This document shows positions 30,097 to 38,564 of a stretch of 64,000 nt of DNA, piece by piece (the first letter of the stretch is position 1; each line of letters opens with the position of its first letter). A program made the translations under genes and the position numbers. Origin of the DNA: Thermoanaerobaculales bacterium. GTDB taxonomy: Bacteria > Acidobacteriota > Thermoanaerobaculia > Thermoanaerobaculales > Sulfomarinibacteraceae. The DNA is taken from NCBI GenBank assembly GCA_036351195.1, contig JAZBOQ010000114.1, positions 11,832 through 75,831 of the forward strand, in the 5' to 3' direction. The notes below the pieces were generated by a model. That model searched no databases, was not told the DNA's origin, and worked only from the letters and a program-made list of their open reading frames with translations.

Positions 30097-30439
30097 CACT
30101 CCATCACCGAGGAATCCGTTTCTCGAGCGCTCCGAGGGCACCGCTCGAGTTCCATTGCTGCATCTGTTTCGGCATTCTGTCGCACACCGCCGCCTTCTCC
30201 GACCCTGTTTCGACGCCATCGTGCGAAGGACGAGCGGTTTCTGCGGATAATTCCGTCGATACCTTGACGAGATCGCAACTGAGACCTACCTTCATCTCAA
30301 GTTCACCGACAGGTCAACTCGTGCGGATCGCGCGGCGCCATGTTGGCGCCGCCGGAGCGTTGTCCCGAGCCTGCGTGGACGGGGGATCCCCTCCCGTCGC
30401 GCGGTCGACGGGCCCCCTTACAGCAAACGGGAGGTTGTC

Positions 30440-32296
30440 ATGGCCCGAGAAACCGCGACGAGACGAATCGACAGATACCTGCTGACCTCGGTGGTGATCG
30501 GCATGGTGTGCATGCCCGCCGCCACGGTAGCGGAAGAGCCGGAACGGGAGGACCCCGCCGTCGTTCACCACAGCCTCATCGACGTCAAACGGCCATCGGC
30601 GCTCACGGCCCCCGAGGAGATTCGCAACTGGCCGAGTCTGGAACCGCCGGGGGCCCGGGGCGCCCCGAGAAATCTGGCAACCCAACCTCTGCAGACCGTC
30701 GTCTTCGACCTCATCAGCCGACAAGAGACCCTACTGGATTACGAACCCTTCACCGGCCCCGCCACCGAGCAGAAGACCGAGGGATTCCCGGGGATCGAGC
30801 CCAGCGGCATCCCCGCCGAGTCGGTCATCGGCGCCGACGACCGCCAGCTCATCACCTCGGTAACGACCTTTCCGTGGAATACGGTCGTCAAGCTCTATAT
30901 CGAAGCTCCCGACGGCACCAACTGGATCTGCTCCGGCGAGATGATCGATTCATTCCACGTGATGACCGCAGGACACTGCATTTATCTCCACGACCACGGT
31001 GGATGGGCGACCAGCGTCCGATTCGTTCCCGGCATGGACCAGGACTACTGGCCCTACAACTACGCGTGGGGCACCTTCATCCGGAGCTACACCGGGTGGA
31101 CCTCGGACGAGAATCACCACCACGACTGGGCGGTGGTAACCATCGACCGAAACGTCGGATCCTTCACCGGCTGGATGGGACGCTGGACCGAGGACCCGAG
31201 CCACTCGTGGTATACCAGCATCGCGAACGTCGCCGGCTATCCCAGCGATCTCGACGGCGGCGCGCGGATGTACTTCGACGCCGACTACGGCCGCACCGCC
31301 GATGATTACAACCACTGGTACTACATGGACACGGCCGGCGGCATGAGTGGTGGTCCGGTGTGGATCTACAGCGGCGGCAACCGGTACATCGTAACGATCC
31401 ACGCCTACGGCGACGACGGATCCGGCAGCAACCACGGCACCAGGCTCAACCAGGAAAAGTACGACCGGATCTTTTATTGGCTCGACGCCGACACGCCGCC
31501 GACCGACCGGCCGGATCTGGTGGACGACGGTCAGGCGTGGTCCGGCTTCTCACCGTCGACGGTCACCCGGGACATCACGTCGTTCTCGGCATGGAACGAC
31601 GCCCGCAACGTGGGAACCGCATCCTCCGGCAGCTTCCACGTCTACTTCTATGCGTCGACCGACACTATCATCTCGGAGTCCGATTACTTCATCGGTTCGA
31701 CATTCGTGCCGAGCATCGACCCCTTCAACTACGGCGATGTGTCGTGGGGCGGGACCTTTCCCCAGAGCATCCCATCCGGCAGTTACTACATCGGCTGGAT
31801 GCTCGACGGCCCCGGAGTCATCAGCGAGTTCGACGAATCCAACAACACGGCCTACGACGACACGATGATCACGGTGCTGGATCCGTGCGCCCTTGACGTC
31901 TACGAGCCCGACAACACCAGCGGAACCGCGAGTGCGTTCACGCTGAGCACGATCCAGACTCACAGCCTCTGCCTCGAGGGCGACACCGACTGGGTCACCT
32001 TCTACCTGAACGTGGACTCGAACGTCACCATCTCGACCAACGGACCGTCGGGCGACACCGTGATGCAGCTCTTCGACGCCTCGCTGACCCCCATCGCCTT
32101 CGACGACGACGGCGGGCCAGGCCTGTTTTCGCTCATCATCGACAGTATCGATGCCGGCACGTATTACGTTCAGATCTGGGAGTACGGCAGCAACGACTAC
32201 ATCACAACCTACGACCTTGAGATCGACGCCGCGCCGAGCCTCCAGATCTTCTCGGACGGCTTCGAGAGCGGTCACACGGGTGCCTGGGGTCCATAG
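30440..32296 (+). CDS. Secreted S1-family (trypsin / Glu-endopeptidase-like) serine protease with CARDB-like and pre-peptidase C-terminal domains
   Basis: GGGAGG Shine-Dalgarno. Catalytic blocks MTAGHC, HDWAVV and GGMSGGP. CARDB-like segment ending ESNNTAYD. PPC-like DVYEPDNTSGTA...GDTDWVTF...DDDGG. Confidence 0.85.
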   Translation: MARETATRRIDRYLLTSVVIGMVCMPAATVAEEPEREDPAVVHHSLIDVKRPSALTAPEEIRNWPSLEPPGARGAPRNLATQPLQTVVFDLISRQETLLDYEPFTGPATEQKTEGFPGIEPSGIPAESVIGADDRQLITSVTTFPWNTVVKLYIEAPDGTNWICSGEMIDSFHVMTAGHCIYLHDHGGWATSVRFVPGMDQDYWPYNYAWGTFIRSYTGWTSDENHHHDWAVVTIDRNVGSFTGWMGRWTEDPSHSWYTSIANVAGYPSDLDGGARMYFDADYGRTADDYNHWYYMDTAGGMSGGPVWIYSGGNRYIVTIHAYGDDGSGSNHGTRLNQEKYDRIFYWLDADTPPTDRPDLVDDGQAWSGFSPSTVTRDITSFSAWNDARNVGTASSGSFHVYFYASTDTIISESDYFIGSTFVPSIDPFNYGDVSWGGTFPQSIPSGSYYIGWMLDGPGVISEFDESNNTAYDDTMITVLDPCALDVYEPDNTSGTASAFTLSTIQTHSLCLEGDTDWVTFYLNVDSNVTISTNGPSGDTVMQLFDASLTPIAFDDDGGPGLFSLIIDSIDAGTYYVQIWEYGSNDYITTYDLEIDAAPSLQIFSDGFESGHTGAWGP

Positions 32297-32333
32297 CAGG
32301 GATCTACACGGGGGTATCGGGCCAGGAACTCCC

Positions 32334-32501
32334 TTGGGAGAGGTGCCGGAAAGGTGCCGGGAAAGTTATTAAGGTGTACCTCTGTCCACCGATGAGTTCT
32401 CCCCTCCCCTACTTCAGGCACAGCGCCAGACTCACCGCCGACTGAACCAGAAAGCCGCACCCGGCGCCTTTCTTCGGCACCTTTTCTGGCACCCTCCCCA
32501 A
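32334..32501. mobile_element. MITE-like element with terminal inverted repeats of about 24 nt
   Basis: Left end ttgggagaggtgccggaaaggtgccg. Reverse complement of the right end ttggggagggtgccagaaaaggtgccg. 168 nt long with no ORF. Confidence 0.55.
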
Positions 32502-32584
32502 CACTCAACGGAGCTGGCATCGCGCTGTTCGTGCTTCTGGTGCTGGCCAAGGGCATCGCCGTGCTCTAGCGGAGACTGCTATAG
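32498..32584 (+). pseudogene. Decayed IPTL-CTERM sorting tail (in frame with the protease ORF, interrupted)
   Basis: Translates PNTLNGAGIALFVLLVLAKGIAVL(stop)RRLL(stop). TAG at 32567..32569 sits where the paralogous tail at 23890 has TGG (Trp). Same codon phase as ORF 30440..32296. Confidence 0.6.
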
Positions 32585-32830
32585 GCTCGACATCGGCATC
32601 GCCTCTGCCAAATCGGTCACCGACATGTGGAAGTGTGCACGTAGCGGTGACGTTCTGCCCGAGCTGCGTTGCCCCACCTTCGCGTTGCACCTATACTGGT
32701 CGAAAGTCGTTGCGAGTGACATTCAATCGAAGCAGGAGGACTTCGGCCTCAAAGCTGAGTGGTCGTTCCGCTCGGACCACGCCGCCCACGAGTGCGTTCG
32801 ATTCCTCGACTCGGATTCGAAGGAGGATGC

Positions 32831-33697
32831 ATGATGCCCAGATCCCTCACCCCACTCGTCATCACTGCCGTCGCAATTGCCGCGGGCCCCGCCGCGGCGA
32901 CAACGCTCGACTTCGACGGTGAGCTTTTGGAAGCGGGAACGCCGGCGAACGGCGTTTTCGACTTCAGATTCCGATGCCTCGAGGGCGCTGACCCCGACGC
33001 TCTTGTCGAGGTCGGGCCCACAGTCGAGAAAGAAGACATTCTCGTGTCGAACGGGAGGTTCAGCGTCGAGCTCGACTTCGGCACCGATGAGGTCTGTTCC
33101 GACTCCGGTTGGATCCAGACGTCCGTCGCCCGTGGCGACCGTCTCGGCGGATTCACGTCTTTGGAGCCGCCCCACCCGGTGCCGCGGTCTCCGAAACCCA
33201 AGTCGGCCGAGTCGATGCCTCCGGGCGCGATCACCTTCTTCGCGTTGCCGCAGTGTCCCCCCGGTTGGACCGAGTACATCGGCGCTCGTGGCCGTGCTGT
33301 GGTCGGTGTGCCCTCCGGCGGCACGGTGGAGGGAACCCTGGGAGTGCCGCTGTCGAACCTTGAGGAGCGCCAACACCAACACGTCTACTCCGACTCGGGC
33401 TTCACGGACGCCGGGGGCGTCCACCAGCACAGTTGGGCGACGATCCAGACGGCCGGCAGCGATGTCCAGTGGTCGAGCTACGACGCAACCGGAAGCCCTG
33501 AACTCGTCTTCTCCTGGCAGAACGGGATCGGCACCGATGGCAGCGGCATCTATCCACTTTCGGCATCTCCGAACGCGACCTATTACACCGAAGAGAGCGG
33601 AGTTCATCAGCACTCGTTTGCAACCGGAAACCAGAGCACCGTCTTCGCACCGGACCTCTTCCCCTACATCCAACTGCTTGCCTGCAGGAAAAACTGA
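32831..33697 (+). CDS. Secreted tail-collar-like (MdpB-like) protein with three HxH motifs, paralog 1
   Basis: AGGAGGA Shine-Dalgarno. Signal peptide. PPGAITFFALPQCPPGWTEY...RGRAVVGVPSGG. HQH three times. C-terminal PYIQLLACRKN. Confidence 0.6.
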   Translation: MMPRSLTPLVITAVAIAAGPAAATTLDFDGELLEAGTPANGVFDFRFRCLEGADPDALVEVGPTVEKEDILVSNGRFSVELDFGTDEVCSDSGWIQTSVARGDRLGGFTSLEPPHPVPRSPKPKSAESMPPGAITFFALPQCPPGWTEYIGARGRAVVGVPSGGTVEGTLGVPLSNLEERQHQHVYSDSGFTDAGGVHQHSWATIQTAGSDVQWSSYDATGSPELVFSWQNGIGTDGSGIYPLSASPNATYYTEESGVHQHSFATGNQSTVFAPDLFPYIQLLACRKN

Positions 33698-33701
33698 CGC
33701 C

Positions 33702-34460
33702 ATGGCTGCGCACACATCACACCCGATGCGATACCTTCTGACATTGGCATCCTTGGTGCTGGCCGCCCCGACGATCCACTCTTCGGGAGCCCAGGAGACA
33801 CACCGTCCGATACCCTCGACCTCGCAGTACTCCGTACACTTGACCGCCAGGCAAGCGGTGTCCTCGAGTGCCGGGGGCCCGTACCTTCTCAGGGTTGGAC
33901 GTGGGGTGGCAGATCCGCGCGACGACCTCATCTTCGCCGACGACTTCGAGTCCGGAAACACCACGGCATGGGATCACACCGAAACGGCGATGCCGACCGG
34001 AGCAGTGGCGTTCTTTGCGGAAACGTCGTGCCCCGAGGGTTGGGGGGCGCTTTCGAGCCGGGGCCGTGTCGTCGTCGGGACCCCGAGCGGCGGCTCGACC
34101 GGGGCCATCGTCGGCACCGGTCTTTCGGACCTGACGGCACCGGCCCACTTTCACCCGCTCTCTCGCTCGCTAGTATCCGGGCCGGACCCCGCCCACACTC
34201 ATCGGTGGTCGATTCTCGCCATGAACGAAAAGTGGTGGTCCTGGTCGGGAGCAAACGTCCCGGCCACGCTCTACGAGTGGACCAACGGGATCGACAACTC
34301 CGGTGAGGGAAACTACCCGCTGGCAGCTCAACTCGGGACCGAGTGGTACACCAGCGGAAGCACTCCTTCGCATACCCACGGGCTGACCATCGCAGCCGAC
34401 ACCTCGATGACGACCCACACGCTCCCGTTCATCCAGTTGTTGATCTGCGTCAAACAGTAG
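33702..34460 (+). CDS. Secreted tail-collar-like (MdpB-like) protein with three HxH motifs, paralog 2
   Basis: Starts 5 nt after paralog 1 (alternative ATG at 33726). Signal peptide. MPTGAVAFFAETSCPEGWGAL..RGRVVVGTPSGG. HFH/HTH/HTH. C-terminal PFIQLLICVKQ. Confidence 0.6.
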   Translation: MAAHTSHPMRYLLTLASLVLAAPTIHSSGAQETHRPIPSTSQYSVHLTARQAVSSSAGGPYLLRVGRGVADPRDDLIFADDFESGNTTAWDHTETAMPTGAVAFFAETSCPEGWGALSSRGRVVVGTPSGGSTGAIVGTGLSDLTAPAHFHPLSRSLVSGPDPAHTHRWSILAMNEKWWSWSGANVPATLYEWTNGIDNSGEGNYPLAAQLGTEWYTSGSTPSHTHGLTIAADTSMTTHTLPFIQLLICVKQ

Positions 34461-35652
34461 AGGAGGGCGCCTCGACGGCGACGACCCCCTCCTCCACCAG
34501 CGCGGCGATCTCGTCCTCGTTGTAGCCGAGCTCGGCGAGCAGCGCCGCGGTGTCCTCGCCGATCTGCGGCGGATTGCGGTGGAGGCCGAAGTCGTGATCG
34601 CCCATCTCCAGCGGGATGCGCGGCAGCTTGGTGGTGACACCGGCCGGCAGGGTCGTCTCGAGGAGGCCGAGCCCTTCGTTGAGCTGGGGATCGTCGTAGA
34701 GGTCTTCGGGCCGGGCAATTGGCGAGAACGGCACGCCCGCCTTGTCGAGCCGGGCCGTGACCTCGGCACGCGGGAACTCCGCGATCATGTCGGCGACCGC
34801 CTGGTGGAGCCAGTGGCGCTCGGAGATCCGGTCGTTGTTGCTGCCGAGGCGTTCGTCAGCGAGCCAGTCATCACGACCGAAGGCTGAGCAGAATGCCTTC
34901 CAGTGCTTCTCGGAGATGATGCCGATGAAGATCGGGCCGTCGGTACACTCGAAGACGCGGTAGATCGACCAGGCGCTGACCCGCGCCGGCATGGGCGGGA
35001 TCGGCTCGTCGGTGAGAGCGCCGTAGGCCATGTGTTGGCCCATGAAGTAGGCCGCGGTCTCGAAAAGGGCGGTCTTCAGGAATGTTCCTTTCCCGGTCTT
35101 CTCGCGGTCGTACAGCGCGGTGAGAATACCGATGAGGCCGAACATGCCGCCGCCCATGTCGATGATCGACGTACCGGCCCTGGTTGGCTCGCCGGGCTTG
35201 CCGGTCATGTAGGCGAGCCCCGACATCATCTGCACCACCTCGTCCATGGCGGCACGCTTCTCGTAGGGCCCGCTCAGGAATCCCTTCATGCTGCAGTAGA
35301 TGATGTCCGGTGTGACCTCCTTGAGGTCGTCGTAGCCGTAGCCGAGGCGGTCCATGGTGCCCGGGCCGAAGTTCTCGACCACCACGTCGGCGTCACGGAC
35401 CAGGCCCATGACGATCTTCCGACCTTCGTCAGCCTTGAGGTTGACCGCGAGGCTCTTCTTGTTGCGGCTGTAGAAAGCGAAGTAGCCGCTGCCGAAGCCG
35501 CGCAGACGCCGGGTCGCGTCACCCGCCGGCGGCTCGATGTGGATGACCTCGGCGCCGAGGTCTCCCAGGAGCATGCCCGCCGTGGGGCCCATGACGTTGT
35601 GGGTGAAGTCGAGGACGCGGATGCCGTCGAGGGGAAGCGTGGTGTCGGTCAT
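34450..35652 (-). CDS. Family III CoA-transferase (CaiB/BaiF type)
   Basis: LDGIRVLDFTHNVMGPTAGMLLGDLGAEVIHIEPP N-terminal signature. Confidence 0.85.
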   Translation of the reverse strand: MTDTTLPLDGIRVLDFTHNVMGPTAGMLLGDLGAEVIHIEPPAGDATRRLRGFGSGYFAFYSRNKKSLAVNLKADEGRKIVMGLVRDADVVVENFGPGTMDRLGYGYDDLKEVTPDIIYCSMKGFLSGPYEKRAAMDEVVQMMSGLAYMTGKPGEPTRAGTSIIDMGGGMFGLIGILTALYDREKTGKGTFLKTALFETAAYFMGQHMAYGALTDEPIPPMPARVSAWSIYRVFECTDGPIFIGIISEKHWKAFCSAFGRDDWLADERLGSNNDRISERHWLHQAVADMIAEFPRAEVTARLDKAGVPFSPIARPEDLYDDPQLNEGLGLLETTLPAGVTTKLPRIPLEMGDHDFGLHRNPPQIGEDTAALLAELGYNEDEIAALVEEGVVAVEAPSSTV

Positions 35653-35668
35653 GTCTTCTCTCCGTTGA

Positions 35669-36178
35669 TCACAGTGCGGAGGCGTCGTAGGTGCCGTTCT
35701 TCTTCAGGTACGAAACCAGGCCGCCCTGGTCGAGGATGTCGATCATCACCTGGGGCATGGCCGCGGCCTTGTACTCGGATCCCCTCGTGAGGTTCTTCAC
35801 CGACCCCGCCTTGAGGTCGATCTCGATCTCGTCGCCGGTCTCGGCTTCGAGGTCCGGAACCTCGAGCACCGGCATCCCGATGTTGATGGCGTTTCTGAAG
35901 AAGATTCGGGCGAAGTACGTCGCCACCACCGCCGAGACCCCCGCCACCTTGAGCGCCAGGGGCGCCTGCTCGCGCGACGAGCCGCAGCCGAAGTTGGTGC
36001 CCGCAACCAGGATGTCGCCCTTTTGGAGCTTCGACCGGAAATCAACGTCGAGATCCTCGAGCACGTGATCGGCCAAATCCTGGAGGTTGAGCGTCTTGGT
36101 GTACTTACCGGCGATGATGCGGTCGGTGTCGATGTCGTCGCCGTAGACGTGTGCGTTGCCGCTGAATCTGCTTTCCAT
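35669..36178 (-). CDS. Aconitase-family dehydratase small subunit (LeuD-like)
   Basis: GTNFGCGSSREQAPLALK motif. About 170 aa. Confidence 0.8.
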   Translation of the reverse strand: MESRFSGNAHVYGDDIDTDRIIAGKYTKTLNLQDLADHVLEDLDVDFRSKLQKGDILVAGTNFGCGSSREQAPLALKVAGVSAVVATYFARIFFRNAINIGMPVLEVPDLEAETGDEIEIDLKAGSVKNLTRGSEYKAAAMPQVMIDILDQGGLVSYLKKNGTYDASAL

Positions 36179-36181
36179 GGC

Positions 36182-37432
36182 CTACTCCTCTACGACTTCG
36201 ATGGGATCGACGATCTTGCCCGCAACCGCCGCCGACGCCACCACCGTCGGTGACGCGAGATAGACGTTGGCTTCGGGGTTGCCCATGCGCCCCCGGAAGT
36301 TGCGGTTGGCGGTGGAGACCACCACCTCGCCGTCGCCGGGAACGCCGAGGTGGGTGCCGACGCAGGGGCCGCAGCCGCTTGGCAGGAAGGTGGCGCCGGC
36401 CTCGATCAGGGTGGCGATGGTGCCGTCGTTGGTGGCGTCGAGAAAGACCTTCTGCGACGCCGCCGACACCATCAGCCGGACGCCCGGCGCCACCCGTTTT
36501 CCCTTGAGGATTTCGGCCGCCGCGTGCAGGTCGCGCAGCCGGCCGTTGACGCAGGTGCCGATGAAGGCGACGTCGATCTCGGTGCCGACGAGCTCGTCGA
36601 TGTCCACCGTGGCGTCGGGCCGCGGGGGACAGCTGATCTGCGGTCGAAGGGCGCTCCCGTCCATGGTGAGCTCGCGCACATAGGCGGCATCGGGATCGGG
36701 CGAGATGGCCGCGGCATCGAACTCATACGGAAGCTCGAGCCCGTCCGGATGGATCAGCAGCGCCTTCGCGCCCATCTCGATGCCCAGGTTGGCGATGGTC
36801 ATGCGCTCGTCGAGGCTCATGGGCACGATGGCTTCACCGCAGACCTCCACCGCCTGGTAGGTGGCGCCGGCGAAGCCGAGGGTGCCGACCATACCGAGGG
36901 CCAGGTCCTTGGCCTCGACCCCGGGGTTGATCCGGCCGGTGACCTCGAGCCGAATGGTCTTGGGCACCTTGAGCCAGGTCTTGCCGGTGAGCATGATCGC
37001 CGCGAGATCGGTGGAGCCGACCCCGGTGGCGAAGGCGCCCAGGGCGCCGTAGGTGCAGGTGTGGGAGTCGGCCCCGAAGAACGCCTCTCCCGGCCGGACC
37101 CGGTCCTCTTCGATCATGAGCTGGTGACAGATCCCCCGGCCCACGTCGTAGAGCACGGCGCCGGTGTCGGCGGCGAACTCGCGCATGAGGTCGTGCAGCC
37201 GCGCGATTCTTTCGTTGGGCGCCGGCGAGGCGTGGTCGATGACGAGGTGGGTCCGCTCGGGATTCCACGGCTTGTCGCCGTTCATCCCGCGAAACGCCTT
37301 GATCGCGAGCGGCGCCGTGGTGTCGGTCATCATCACCGCGTCCACGTCGATGATCGTGAGGTCGCCGGCGGCGACGGACTTCCCCGCGTGGCGGGAGATG
37401 ATTTTCTCGATAACGGTCTGTCCTGGCATCAC
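36182..37432 (-). CDS. Aconitase-family dehydratase large subunit (LeuC-like)
   Basis: ADSHTCTYGA, FIGTCVNGRLRDL and GCGPCVG blocks carrying the FeS-ligand Cys residues. Confidence 0.8.
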   Translation of the reverse strand: MMPGQTVIEKIISRHAGKSVAAGDLTIIDVDAVMMTDTTAPLAIKAFRGMNGDKPWNPERTHLVIDHASPAPNERIARLHDLMREFAADTGAVLYDVGRGICHQLMIEEDRVRPGEAFFGADSHTCTYGALGAFATGVGSTDLAAIMLTGKTWLKVPKTIRLEVTGRINPGVEAKDLALGMVGTLGFAGATYQAVEVCGEAIVPMSLDERMTIANLGIEMGAKALLIHPDGLELPYEFDAAAISPDPDAAYVRELTMDGSALRPQISCPPRPDATVDIDELVGTEIDVAFIGTCVNGRLRDLHAAAEILKGKRVAPGVRLMVSAASQKVFLDATNDGTIATLIEAGATFLPSGCGPCVGTHLGVPGDGEVVVSTANRNFRGRMGNPEANVYLASPTVVASAAVAGKIVDPIEVVEE

Positions 37433-38349
37433 AGCACCACCTTGATCTGATCATTCCCGAGGACGCGGTGCATGCTCCCCGGGAATCGTTTGTCGAAGAA
37501 CGCTTCCATGGATCGGCTGATCTCTGCCACCGCCCGGATATCGATGCCTGTGGTCATCCCCATCCGCTCGACCATTGCAACCAGATCCTCGGTGGCGATG
37601 TTTCCGGTGGCCCCCTTGATGAACGGGCAGCCGCCCATGCCGCCGAAGGCGGTGTCGAAGACCCGCACTCCCGATTGGATGGCGGCGAGCGCATTGGCGA
37701 GGCCGCGGCCCTCGGTGTCGTGCAGGTGGAGAATCACCGGCGTGTCCCCCGCCAGCTCGACGACCTCGCCCATGAGCTCGCTCATGGACCGCGGGTCCGC
37801 CATGCCGGTGGAGTCGGCGAGGGCGAGCTCGTCGATGTCGAGATCCAGGTGACGTTTCACCAGGTCGAGAACGAGGTTCGGGTCGACGGCCCCCTCGAAA
37901 CGGCATCCGAAGGCACACTGGAGACCGCCGCGAACGGTCAGCCCTGCTTCCTTCGCCGTGCGCACCATTGCCGCGTAGCCGGCCTGGGCCTCGTCGAGGG
38001 ACTTCCCGGTGTTCTTACGGCTGTGGGTGTCGCTGGCCGAGATCGACGCGGCGACGTGCTGCAGGCCGGCGTCGACGGCGCGCTCGACCCCCTTCTGATT
38101 GAGCACGAGCCCGCTGTAGATCACACCGGGACGAGGTTTCACCGCCTTGCAGAGGGCCTCGGCGTCGGCCATCTGGGGCACGTACTTGGGGTGGACGAAG
38201 GAACAGATCTGGATCCTCGAGACCCCGGCCTCGACCAGGGTGTCGATGATCTCGAGCTTGCGCTCGGTGGGCACCACGGCCTTCTCGCTCTGGAAACCGT
38301 CGCGGACCCCCTGCTCCTCGATGATGATTCGGGTCGGTCTGTCGCTCAT
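37429..38349 (-). CDS. HMG-CoA lyase-like (HMGL family) protein
   Basis: VRDGFQSEK...ICSFVHPKYVPQMAD and HLHDTEGRGLANALAA blocks. 4-nt overlap with the LeuC-like gene. Confidence 0.8.
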   Translation of the reverse strand: MSDRPTRIIIEEQGVRDGFQSEKAVVPTERKLEIIDTLVEAGVSRIQICSFVHPKYVPQMADAEALCKAVKPRPGVIYSGLVLNQKGVERAVDAGLQHVAASISASDTHSRKNTGKSLDEAQAGYAAMVRTAKEAGLTVRGGLQCAFGCRFEGAVDPNLVLDLVKRHLDLDIDELALADSTGMADPRSMSELMGEVVELAGDTPVILHLHDTEGRGLANALAAIQSGVRVFDTAFGGMGGCPFIKGATGNIATEDLVAMVERMGMTTGIDIRAVAEISRSMEAFFDKRFPGSMHRVLGNDQIKVVL

Positions 38350-38460
38350 GTCTGCTGGATTCTCCCATCGCGATCGCTCGCGTCATTCGCTCGCAGATTG
38401 TAGTGGAGATGCCGCCGTGGGCAACCCTTTCCTGTGGGTTCATTGGACCCCCGGCGCTGC

Positions 38461-38489
38461 TTGACAGCCTCTGGGGGCGGGACTAGAGT
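38461..38489 (+). promoter_or_regulatory. Sigma70-type promoter candidate (TTGACA-N17-TAGAGT)
   Basis: Consensus -35 with counted 17-nt spacer, followed by an AT-rich stretch, 75 nt upstream of the ATG at 38565. Confidence 0.45.
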
Positions 38490-38564
38490 CATCCTAATGA
38501 TATGACAATCTTACAATAGTGCCACCGACCGTCACGAAAACCCCACACGGGAGAGGATGAAAGG

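Noticed and set aside
30096-30295. Small minus-strand ORFs (60-63 aa) in the lower-GC gap upstream of the protease gene.
   Set aside because: No convincing Shine-Dalgarno sequence, no motif, and two overlapping frames are equally open. More likely this is the 5' UTR or promoter region of the protease, including the 8-bp-arm palindrome ctcgagcg...cgctcgag at 30121..30148.
30344-30360. Sigma54 promoter upstream of the protease gene (TTGGCGCCGCCGGAGCG has GG-N10-GC spacing).
   Set aside because: The -12 region (GGAGCG) departs strongly from TTGCW, and the match is no better than expected by chance in GC-rich DNA.
32831-34460. Prophage or tailocin remnant, inferred from the tail-collar-like proteins.
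   Set aside because: No other phage-like genes (baseplate, sheath, tube, tape measure, lysis, integrase) within 30 kb either side. Both proteins have Sec-type signal peptides, which structural phage proteins lack.
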